Below are positions 1 to 7,814 of a stretch of DNA of 64,000 nt, in pieces. The stretch covers positions 72,530-136,529 of the forward strand of contig JAERMQ010000013.1 in NCBI GenBank assembly GCA_016844745.1, in the 5' to 3' direction. This stretch comes from Ignavibacteria bacterium (GTDB lineage Bacteria > Bacteroidota > Ignavibacteria > Kapaibacteriales > UBA2268). Under the pieces are notes generated by a model. It did not search any database and was not told the origin of the DNA. It was given only the letters and a program-made list of their open reading frames with translations. Position numbers and translations under genes: made by a program. How positions within the stretch are numbered: the first letter of the stretch is position 1; each line of letters starts with the position of its first letter.

Positions 1-253
1 CTTTACCATTCAAAATTGTAAATGAAGAATCGATTAAAATACCCAAATTCTCTAGATTTTCTGTATCAATAACATGGGAAGCAGTTACCATAAAAAAACG
101 ATCTGATAATTGGACTAGAACACCTGATGCGTATGGCTCTAATGCAATTGGTTCAATGATCGTGATCCTTTTAAAAATTTGAACAGTACACTTCAAAATT
201 TTTTTTGCAGCTTCATCAGATAATTCGTTATAGTAATCCATTAAATTTATCAT
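1..253 (-). CDS. Partial ORF (N-terminal 84 aa, runs off the window edge). Start MINLMDYYNEL...ASGVLVQ...FMVTASHVID resembles the N-terminus of a trypsin-like (S1) serine peptidase domain. Hypothetical.
   Basis: Reverse complement of 1-253 reads as an open frame from an ATG at 253 with no stop before the window edge. A GxGxLV...TAxHV pattern resembles the catalytic-His region of chymotrypsin-fold peptidases. Lies immediately 3' of the tmRNA gene. Confidence 0.3.
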   Translation of the reverse strand, partial: MINLMDYYNELSDEAAKKILKCTVQIFKRITIIEPIALEPYASGVLVQLSDRFFMVTASHVIDTENLENLGILIDSSFTILNGK

Positions 254-378
254 AGAATAACTCAACCTAAAATTTCTTGTTCATTTTTTTTACTTAATGA
301 GGAGAAAAATGTTTTCATCAAAATAACAAAATGCAAATAATTTGGCACGCATTTGACACAAATTTCAGCTCTTAAAAA

Positions 379-402
379 TAAAACCCTGACTAAATCAGGG
401 TT
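379..402 (-). terminator. Rho-independent terminator of ssrA: hairpin aaaccctga/tcagggttt followed by a T-run on the minus strand
   Basis: Perfect 9-bp stem with a 5-nt loop directly after the tmRNA 3' end, followed by TATTTTTAA on the transcribed strand. Confidence 0.6.
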
Positions 403-417
403 TCCATAAATCATTTG

Positions 418-778
418 TGGAGATGGCGGGAGTCGAACCCGCGTCCGAAGCGCTTCTTTCTGGGCATCTACATGTTTAGCCGGTTTATCATTTTAGTAGT
501 TTCGCTTACCAAACGGCAGGTGCGAATCTCCGAGCTCCCTGTTTTCTCACCTGCAACCCGGGAACGATGCGGCAAGCCAGCCCGACTCTTGTTTGACACC
601 CCCGAAAATACCATCAGGCGAGCTTTTCGGTCGATGTGGCTACCTTTTTTTAATTAGGCTGCCATTGCATAGCTATTGTTAGCATTTTTTGTTTGCCAGT
701 TGTATTTACGTGCTCCACCAGCATAGCACGACATGCAGCCTTCGACATCATTCACCCCGTCGAAGCCATTTCATCCCC
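418..778 (-). ncRNA. ssrA: Transfer-messenger RNA (tmRNA, SsrA). CCA is not encoded. The tag-peptide reading frame ends ...ANNSYAMAA*.
   Basis: The minus-strand 5' end GGGGAUGAAAUGGCUUCGACGGGG and 3' end CUAAACAUGUAG...UUCGGACGCGGGUUCGACUCCCGCCAUCUCCA closely match canonical tmRNA termini (E. coli GGGGCUGAUUCUGGAUUCGACGGG ... CUAAGCAUGUAG...GGACGCGGGUUCAACUCCCGCCAGCUCCACCA). The acceptor stem GGGGAUG/CAUCUCC pairs. An internal ORF ending GCU AAC AAU AGC UAU GCA AUG GCA GCC UAA matches the ANDENYALAA-type tag. The 80-aa '+' ORF at 415..657 is therefore spurious. Confidence 0.9.
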
Positions 779-880
779 ATGAATTTGCTTCTAACGTTTA
801 TTGAACAATTATATTTTATTATGAAATTAAATGGAATATTTGTAAATTGGATTTAAGGACGATTTAGTTTCAGCAGATTA

Positions 881-2641
881 TTGCAAGAGGTCTTTATGAA
901 TTATAGGATTTTAGTTTTGTTTCTTGTTGCGTTATCATTTTTTTTTCATTGTAATACTCTAAGTTCTCAAGATAAGCAAATCAAATTCTTTCTGAATGAT
1001 AACACCTTCAAGGCTTATAATATCAATGACATAGATAGTATAAATCTAATCAAATCAACTAACAATTATGTAATGAAGATTTTCTATCGTGATTCTTTGG
1101 AAGCATATTATCCAACAGAAGTAATCACCAAGATTCAATTCAATACTGATAGCATAAACAACCAACTTTTAAATGTTTACGTGTACGGTTATCCCAAAGG
1201 CTATAAATTATTTGAAGTGGATAGTATATATTTTTATATTGATATTTACCAGCCGCTGACAATCGGTACTCAGGTTTGGATGTTGAAGAATCTTGATGTT
1301 TATTACTATCGAAACGAGGATTCAATACCGGAAGTTAGAGATTCGAGCCAATGGTCAAATTTAAAAACCGGAGCTTGTTGCTTTTATAATAATAATGACT
1401 CATTAGGAAAAATATATGGAAAACTTTACAATTGGTATGCTGTTAATCACTCTCGTGGTTTGGCTCCCTATGGTTGGCATATTGCAACTGATGATGAATG
1501 GAATATATTATTTAACTATCTTGGAGGACCAGGTATAGCTGGTGGTAAAATGAAAGAAACAGGAATTTCACACTGGCAAAGCCCTAATGAAGGAGCTACA
1601 AACGAATCCGGTTTTACAGCTCTTCCGGGTGGCTGTCGTTTCAACTTTGGTTCTTATGGTAGTTTTTTTGTAAGCATTGGAAATGGAAGCCATTGGTGGT
1701 CTTCAACAGAGAAATCTGCTAATTTAGGAAGGTACTGGCGACTTAGGTCAGATGGCAGCCATGTCAACTATAGCTTTGAAGATAAAGTGAATGGTTTTTC
1801 AGTTCGGTGTATTAAGGATAATGTATCTACTATTCCAATAATTACCATTATTTCCCCTGACTCTGCTGCAATTGGAGATACAGTTACCATTTACGGTACT
1901 GGTTTTGGTTCTATTCAAAGTACAAGTTTTGTTTCATTCAATAGAGTAACAGCAAATGAATACACAAGCTGGAACTACACTCAAATAAAAGTAAAAGTAC
2001 CTAAAGGAGCAAAAAGTGGGAAATTATCAATTACTGTCAATGGAATTATGAGCAATGAAGTTGATTTTAAAATCATAAAATATTTTGATACAGTAAAGAT
2101 TTGTACTCAAGTTTGGATGCTTAAAAACCTTGATGTTGACCATTATAGAAATGGAGATTCTATACCTGAAGTAAGGGACGCTACCAAATGGGCAAAATTG
2201 ACAACCGGGGCATGGTGCAACTATAATAATGATTTACCAAAGGGAGAAATCTATGGCAAACTATACAATTGGTATGCTGTAAACGACCCTCGTGGTTTGG
2301 CGCCGGCTGGGTGGCATGTGCCATCAGATGGAGAATGGTCAACACTAACAAATTTTCCTGGCAGTTCACCAGGTGGTAAATTGAAAGAAACAGGAACTGC
2401 CCATTGGTGGAGTCCAAACGCAGGAGCAACAAATGAGACAGGCTTTACTGCTCTTCCGGGTGGTACCCTCTCTAACAATACAGTTTATGCTATTGGAAGC
2501 AATGGCCGTTGGTGGACATCTACAGAGTTCTCTGCATCGGATGCATGGTACAGGGACATACCCTACGATTTCCCTTCTGTCTATAGGCAAATTTACGTAA
2601 AGACAAAAGGGTTATCGGTTCGTTGCGTTAGGGATAAGTAG
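881..2641 (+). CDS. Secreted protein with two Fibrobacter-succinogenes-major-paralogous (FISUMP, TIGR02145-like) domains flanking an IPT/TIG-like Ig domain
   Basis: N-terminal signal peptide. A ~140-aa module (TQVWMLKNLDV..YRN.DSIPEVRD...GKLYNWYAVN..RGLAP.GWH.P.D.EW..L....GG.GGK.KETG..HW.SPN.GATNE.GFTALPGG) occurs twice (aa ~125-300 and ~405-580) and matches the FISUMP pattern. The TIG-like segment is ISPDSAAIGDTVTIYGTGFG. The start could be the internal MNYRIL (896). Confidence 0.6.
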   Translation: MQEVFMNYRILVLFLVALSFFFHCNTLSSQDKQIKFFLNDNTFKAYNINDIDSINLIKSTNNYVMKIFYRDSLEAYYPTEVITKIQFNTDSINNQLLNVYVYGYPKGYKLFEVDSIYFYIDIYQPLTIGTQVWMLKNLDVYYYRNEDSIPEVRDSSQWSNLKTGACCFYNNNDSLGKIYGKLYNWYAVNHSRGLAPYGWHIATDDEWNILFNYLGGPGIAGGKMKETGISHWQSPNEGATNESGFTALPGGCRFNFGSYGSFFVSIGNGSHWWSSTEKSANLGRYWRLRSDGSHVNYSFEDKVNGFSVRCIKDNVSTIPIITIISPDSAAIGDTVTIYGTGFGSIQSTSFVSFNRVTANEYTSWNYTQIKVKVPKGAKSGKLSITVNGIMSNEVDFKIIKYFDTVKICTQVWMLKNLDVDHYRNGDSIPEVRDATKWAKLTTGAWCNYNNDLPKGEIYGKLYNWYAVNDPRGLAPAGWHVPSDGEWSTLTNFPGSSPGGKLKETGTAHWWSPNAGATNETGFTALPGGTLSNNTVYAIGSNGRWWTSTEFSASDAWYRDIPYDFPSVYRQIYVKTKGLSVRCVRDK

Positions 2642-2674
2642 AATAATTCATTCAAATTTTCGTTATATGATTTT

Positions 2675-3013
2675 ATGGAAAATAGAATACAAAACGATTA
2701 TTCAGCATATTTGCTTGGAAGAATCAAAAAAGCAATATTGAATGTAGAACCTTCTGCTGAAGTATATCTTTTTGGTTCCAGAGCGCGGGATGATTTTAAG
2801 GAAGATTCTGATTGGGATTTACTGATTTTATTATCTGCCGTTATAAATATGGATATTAAAAAAAGGATTGTTCACAATTTGCTGGAAATTGAAATTTCGG
2901 AAAATCAGACCTTCAATAGAATTTATTATAATTATGATGAATGGCACTCCAGCAAGTTAATTCAAGCAACCCCTTTCTACCAGAGTGTATCGAAGGATGC
3001 TATAAAATTATGA
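2675..3013 (+). CDS. Nucleotidyltransferase-domain protein (MNT-type; antitoxin partner of a HEPN protein)
   Basis: GS-x9-D-x-D minimal nucleotidyltransferase motif (LFGSRARDDFKEDSDWDLLILL). 112 aa. Stop overlaps the start of the following HEPN ORF (ATGA). Confidence 0.7.
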   Translation: MENRIQNDYSAYLLGRIKKAILNVEPSAEVYLFGSRARDDFKEDSDWDLLILLSAVINMDIKKRIVHNLLEIEISENQTFNRIYYNYDEWHSSKLIQATPFYQSVSKDAIKL

Positions 3014-3420
3014 ACGAAGATGTTAAAATAATCATAAACTATAGGATCGAAAAAGCCATTAAATCTTTAGATGAAGCTGAATATTTAATAAATGGAAATA
3101 TGTGGAATCTCACCGTTAATCGTTTATATTATTCCTGCTATTATTCCATAATTGCTTTGCTTCTCTGTATTGAACAATCGCCAAAAACTCATAAAGGAGC
3201 AAGGAATTTATTTCATCAGCATTTTATTGCCACTGGAATATTTAAATACGAATTTGGTGAATTATTAACAATTCTTTTTGATGCAAGACAAGAAGGTGAT
3301 TATAAAGATTTTGTTGAATTTGATTCATCCGATGTTTTACCTTGGATTAATCTAACAAAAGAATTTGTCAAAAGTATCTCGCAATTTATTTATTCTAATT
3401 ATTTCAATATTGATAAATAA
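3010..3420 (+). CDS. HEPN-domain protein (HepT-like putative RNase toxin)
   Basis: Small all-helical protein with an R-x4-6-H motif (ARNLFHQH). It immediately follows the MNT-like gene with a 4-bp overlap. Start set to the ATG at 3010 (MNEDVKII) rather than the longer listed ORF. Confidence 0.6.
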   Translation: MNEDVKIIINYRIEKAIKSLDEAEYLINGNMWNLTVNRLYYSCYYSIIALLLCIEQSPKTHKGARNLFHQHFIATGIFKYEFGELLTILFDARQEGDYKDFVEFDSSDVLPWINLTKEFVKSISQFIYSNYFNIDK

Positions 3421-3589
3421 TAAAATTGAAAATTATGGAAATAATTCATCCTCTCATCTAACTTCATTCATCCCTATCATTATCATTTTGATAATGAATC
3501 ATCAAGTTCTTTGAGTAATTCCTATAATCAATGTAACTAAATTTCTATTGAAGTGTTATTTTTGCTGAAAGACAATAAAGGAAGAAATT

Positions 3590-5797
3590 ATGAGAATTTT
3601 TTATACTATCTTTTTAGCAATTTCATTTTTAAGTATAAGCGTACTTGCCGAACAAAATACACCATATAACCTCAAGGAAGGTACCCCGGATTCCGGAGTA
3701 AAACTTGCAACCCTTGAGCCTCCAAACGGAAGAGTGTATCACGGTGTAGGTCAGGCAGGTCAGGGTGTAAATGAATATTGCACTGCACTTGGCGATTCCA
3801 CAATCCAACCTGCTGTGGTAAAATATTATTATGATATTCCCGGAACTCGAGGAAATAAATTTATCGAATTACGGCAGACATTAGCCAATGAAAAGAAAAT
3901 CGGTCGCATTCCCGAACTCAGCATTGCAATGACAGACGGTAAAGTATGGACGGACAGCATAATCGCAACCAGCAGTCTATATGATAAAATCATCGATACA
4001 TTAGCTCTAATCTGCAAAGATTACGGATTGAAGATGTTCATTCGCCCCGGATTCGAGTTCAATGGCTCATGGAATCCATATCATCCGTATTTGTATCCGA
4101 AAGCATTCCAAAAGATAGTTAATCGATTTCGCACAATTGCCAATAAAGATTCCCTTGCTTTCGAATGGTGCTATTATGCCGGCGGTAATGCCCCGAATGA
4201 TTTTGATTCTATTGATTCCCGCGGCTACCGTTGGTATCCGGGTGATACCGCTGTGGATTGGTTTTCTTTGGATGTATTCAATGTAACTGATTTTCATCCT
4301 GATTCTGCTGCAATGCTTAGGGGTAAATTAACAACTAAAGGTAAATCCGAAAGGTTTTTATCGATGGCACGCGCGAAAGGAAAACCGGTTTATTTATCCG
4401 AAACAACTGCCCAGGGGATTAATATTTCCTCGAATCAATCCGACAGCCAGAATGACTGGAATAAATGGTTTGTTCCGTTTTTTAAATTTATTTCAGATCA
4501 TCCTGAAATTAAGGGATTCAATTATATCAATTGGGATTGGAGTAAGTACCCGACCTGGGCTGCATGGGGCGATGCCCGAATAGAGAACAGTCCTTATATT
4601 ATTTCAAAATATAAAGAAGAGATGAAGAACCCGAAGTATATTCATCTTCCTTTCAAAACAACCGTAAAAGATACATTCAATCTGACTCCGATAACCGAAT
4701 TAGGAACGAATTTATATAAAACATTTCCGGGAGGACTTTATCCCGAAGGCTCAAATACACGCCCTACGAACCATAACGATGCCGGGAAAAAGAAATCTAT
4801 CGAAATTATACCACTCGATACAACAGGGGAATCGAACGAGCAACAAGGCAAAATAGTTCTTTTATCTGTTGGAATGTCGAACTGTACCCAGGAATTCTCG
4901 ACTTTCAAACCAATAGCAGATACTTTAAAAGCAAAAAATCCGAAACTCGTGATTGTCGATGGCGCTCAGGGCGGTCAGACAGCATCAGTAATCCAAAATC
5001 CAAATGCGAATTTCTGGAGTGAAATCAATAGAAGATTAGGTTTAGCCAAAGTATCTGCCCAACAAGTCCAGATTGTCTGGCTCAAAGAAGCAGATGCCGG
5101 ACCCAAGAATGACTTTCCGGTTCATGCACAAACATTGACAAAGGAATTGAAGATAATCTGTCAAATATTGAAAGCCAAATATCCGAATATAAAAATATGT
5201 TATTTTTCAAGTCGGACTTATGGAGGCTATGCCACTACTACACTCAATCCCGAGCCTATGGCTTATGAAACCGGCTTCTCTGTGAAATGGTTAATCGAAT
5301 CTCAAATCAACGGCGATACTACTCTGAGTTATGAAGGCAATAATGTCCGCTCTCCGTGGTTATCGTGGGGACCATATCTTTGGGGAAACGGCACGAAACC
5401 GCGTTTGGATGACGGATTAGTATGGCTCGAAACTGATTTTGTAACTTCGGACTACACTCATCCTTCGCCATCCGGTCGGCTCAAAGTAGCTCAATTACTG
5501 CTTAAATTCTTCACGAATGATGAAACTGCAACTCCTTGGTTCTTAAAGAGTGGGAGCACTTTAGTTGAAGAAAATGAAATTTCTGATATAATTGAAGTAA
5601 ATCCTAATCCTGCTTATGATTATATTTATTTAAATAATATGAATGAACAATTAGAAAAAACAATTACCATATATTCCATTGAAGGATTTGAAGTTTTAAC
5701 TACAAAAAATATTTCGCAAATCTATATTGGCAGCCTAGCCGCGGGAGTTTATATCATAAAAGTAGCGGGGAAGAGTTTCAAATTTGTGAAGATGTAG
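3590..5797 (+). CDS. Secreted multidomain carbohydrate-active enzyme: GH26-like glycoside hydrolase domain + SGNH/GDSL-type esterase-like domain + T9SS (Por) C-terminal sorting domain
   Basis: Signal peptide. IRPGFEFNGSW resembles the GH26 acid/base motif (RFGHEMNG-W) and YLSETT is a candidate nucleophile region. The central LLSVGMSN...DGAQGG segment looks like an SGNH hydrolase block. The C-terminal ~80 aa (IYSIEG...GVYIIKV...FKFVKM) has the pattern of a T9SS CTD. Confidence 0.5.
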   Translation: MRIFYTIFLAISFLSISVLAEQNTPYNLKEGTPDSGVKLATLEPPNGRVYHGVGQAGQGVNEYCTALGDSTIQPAVVKYYYDIPGTRGNKFIELRQTLANEKKIGRIPELSIAMTDGKVWTDSIIATSSLYDKIIDTLALICKDYGLKMFIRPGFEFNGSWNPYHPYLYPKAFQKIVNRFRTIANKDSLAFEWCYYAGGNAPNDFDSIDSRGYRWYPGDTAVDWFSLDVFNVTDFHPDSAAMLRGKLTTKGKSERFLSMARAKGKPVYLSETTAQGINISSNQSDSQNDWNKWFVPFFKFISDHPEIKGFNYINWDWSKYPTWAAWGDARIENSPYIISKYKEEMKNPKYIHLPFKTTVKDTFNLTPITELGTNLYKTFPGGLYPEGSNTRPTNHNDAGKKKSIEIIPLDTTGESNEQQGKIVLLSVGMSNCTQEFSTFKPIADTLKAKNPKLVIVDGAQGGQTASVIQNPNANFWSEINRRLGLAKVSAQQVQIVWLKEADAGPKNDFPVHAQTLTKELKIICQILKAKYPNIKICYFSSRTYGGYATTTLNPEPMAYETGFSVKWLIESQINGDTTLSYEGNNVRSPWLSWGPYLWGNGTKPRLDDGLVWLETDFVTSDYTHPSPSGRLKVAQLLLKFFTNDETATPWFLKSGSTLVEENEISDIIEVNPNPAYDYIYLNNMNEQLEKTITIYSIEGFEVLTTKNISQIYIGSLAAGVYIIKVAGKSFKFVKM

Positions 5798-5875
5798 GGA
5801 ATTAATATGAATATAAAATATTTTTCTTATTTTTGTAAACTAAGAATACTTTAACAAACGTTTGATTTCATCAGA

Positions 5876-6433
5876 ATGACTGGCATTATTGACCTAAAAT
5901 CAGAATTAAAACCTTATTTAAACTCTTATGAAAATATTCTCTGGGTTGGACAACCTAAGAAAGGAATAATAATTCAAAGTTCTGAGTTAATTATGATTCT
6001 ACAAGGTATTTTCTTTTGTGGATTTGGAATTCTTTTGTTTTCGATTGTTATAAAAGCTGAAGTTCCTATCATTATCAAAATCTTTGTCTTTGTTATTATG
6101 ATAATGGGTTTGTATTTTTTATTTGGTAGAATGATGTATGATGCAATACGAAGAGGAAAAACAATTTATGGAGTAACCGATGAAAGAATTATTATGAAAG
6201 AAGGAATAATATTTAAAAAAGTAAAATCTCTAAATATCAGAACTATTTCTGATATTGGATTTGAAGAAAAATCAGATGGAAGCGGGACAATTTTTTTTGG
6301 AACAAAGAACATTTTTAATTTTTTGACTGGCTTGAATTGGCGGTCAAGTATGAAACCAACTCCATCAATAGATAAAATTCAAGAAGTTAGAAAAGTATAT
6401 AATCAAATTATTGAACTTCAGAAGAAAAAATAG
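5876..6433 (+). CDS. Membrane protein with a bacterial PH (bPH_2/YdbS-like) domain
   Basis: Two predicted TM helices followed by a GVTDERIIMKEG...KSLNIRTISDI pattern typical of the membrane-anchored PH-like DUF304 family. Confidence 0.4.
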   Translation: MTGIIDLKSELKPYLNSYENILWVGQPKKGIIIQSSELIMILQGIFFCGFGILLFSIVIKAEVPIIIKIFVFVIMIMGLYFLFGRMMYDAIRRGKTIYGVTDERIIMKEGIIFKKVKSLNIRTISDIGFEEKSDGSGTIFFGTKNIFNFLTGLNWRSSMKPTPSIDKIQEVRKVYNQIIELQKKK

Positions 6434-6543
6434 AAATCATTAACCAAAAGGATTAGTTTTTTTGAAAGGAAGACTCTCCTCCAACTGATTAGCCAGTAAA
6501 ATCCCTTTCAACTATTACTTGAATATATATTTATTTACATTCC

Positions 6544-7122
6544 TTATCTTTTACGAAAAATTATCTTTTCTTCTACCTGTTTGAACTCAATATCAAATTC
6601 ATCAAAAACAACCTCCCTGCCGATTATCATATCATCAATTTCTTCATCCTGAATCCATGCAAAACGATTTTTGATTCTATAACCATCGATTTCAATTTCA
6701 TTCTCCCTCATAAGAAAATTAATTTTACTACCAAAACCTTCGGCAAAACCCATTATTTCATGCTCATCCCTTTTGAATCCAAGTTCTTCACCGAAATTAT
6801 AGTTAATTATTGAAATATCAGCTCCACTATCAATCAACATTCTTTCTTGTTTAATATTCCCATCAGGTAAAATAAAATCTACAGGATAAATTGGCTTCCA
6901 TTCATGTTTTGAAATATTTTTTATTTTAAATGTTAGAATACGGTATGCATCATATTGTTTTGGAACTTTAAAAGTAGAAAATGTCAAATTCTTTTGCATC
7001 ATTTTCTCATCAATTTCATTGTATGAATCAGCGTATTCAACAATTTTTTCATCTACAATTGCTATTACTTTTCCCCAATATTTAGAATTGTGGAAAATTT
7101 CTCTTTGCCAATCATCTTTCAT
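6544..7122 (-). CDS. Fusion protein: N-terminal small domain (resembles DUF5678 by eye, unverified) + retropepsin-like (clan AA) aspartic protease domain. Paralogue of 47539..48129.
   Basis: DSGAD (D-S/T-G-A) aspartic protease motif (LIDSGADISI) and a C-terminal IIGREVVFD flap/dimerisation-like region. ~50% identical over its full length to the protein at 47539..48129. Confidence 0.55.
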   Translation of the reverse strand: MKDDWQREIFHNSKYWGKVIAIVDEKIVEYADSYNEIDEKMMQKNLTFSTFKVPKQYDAYRILTFKIKNISKHEWKPIYPVDFILPDGNIKQERMLIDSGADISIINYNFGEELGFKRDEHEIMGFAEGFGSKINFLMRENEIEIDGYRIKNRFAWIQDEEIDDMIIGREVVFDEFDIEFKQVEEKIIFRKR

Positions 7123-7302
7123 TTTATCACCTTATAATTTATAGTAAAATTTCTTTGAAGAATTAATGTTCATTTTATTTTATTCATACTTATCAACCAA
7201 AGCAAATTACTTCCGTTAATACTCTATAATGCTTCCTTCGAAAATTTTTAATGATAACAGTGATTGTTGAAAAGTTTGTTAATATGTATAAAATCAATTA
7301 TT

Positions 7303-7524
7303 TTATAGAGAATTAAATTCCTCAACAGTTAATCCCGCTTGAATTATTAATTTTTTCAATATTCCAATTCCAAGTTCTTTATGTTGAGGAACAGAAAGTG
7401 TGTATATATAATTTTCTTTAACCATCATAACATGAGAACCAACTTGTCTATCAATTATCCATCCGACATTTATAAATTTTTTGACAGCTTGAGAACCGGA
7501 AACAAGTATAAGTTTGTGGCTCAA
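7303..7524 (-). CDS. hicA: HicA-family mRNA interferase toxin
   Basis: 73 aa, pattern KK...GW...RQ.GSH.......IYTLSVP.H.KELG.G.LK.I..QAGL matches the YcfA/HicA family. 4-bp overlap with the upstream hicB. Confidence 0.75.
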   Translation of the reverse strand: MSHKLILVSGSQAVKKFINVGWIIDRQVGSHVMMVKENYIYTLSVPQHKELGIGILKKLIIQAGLTVEEFNSL

Positions 7525-7721
7525 ACCATAACCTCAACTGTTAGCATTTCAGATTTTTTTGCTTTATCATTCATGACAGCTAACCAGCCTACAATCGCTT
7601 CTTTAATATTTTCCGTTGCTTCGGATATAGTTTTTCCTTGAGAAAAGCATCCTGGCAAAGCAGGCACTTCGGCTACATAATAACCTGATTCGTCCAATTC
7701 AATATTTACTTGGAAATTCAT
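7521..7721 (-). CDS. hicB: HicB-family antitoxin (UPF0150)
   Basis: 66 aa, YYVAEVPALPGCFSQGKTISEATENIKEAI matches the HicB N-terminal RNase-H-like fold signature. Translationally coupled to hicA. Confidence 0.7.
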   Translation of the reverse strand: MNFQVNIELDESGYYVAEVPALPGCFSQGKTISEATENIKEAIVGWLAVMNDKAKKSEMLTVEVMV

Positions 7722-7814
7722 TTATTTATCCTCTTATCGTTTTTCATTTTTTAAATCCATTTTAAGTCAAAATTTAATTGAAGATTAATTAATAATTTTA
7801 TTTTATTCCAATAT

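Noticed and set aside
415-657. 80-aa '+' ORF (MWRWRESNPRPKRFF...)
   Set aside because: Lies entirely within the tmRNA gene on the opposite strand. The open frame is a by-product of the structured RNA sequence.
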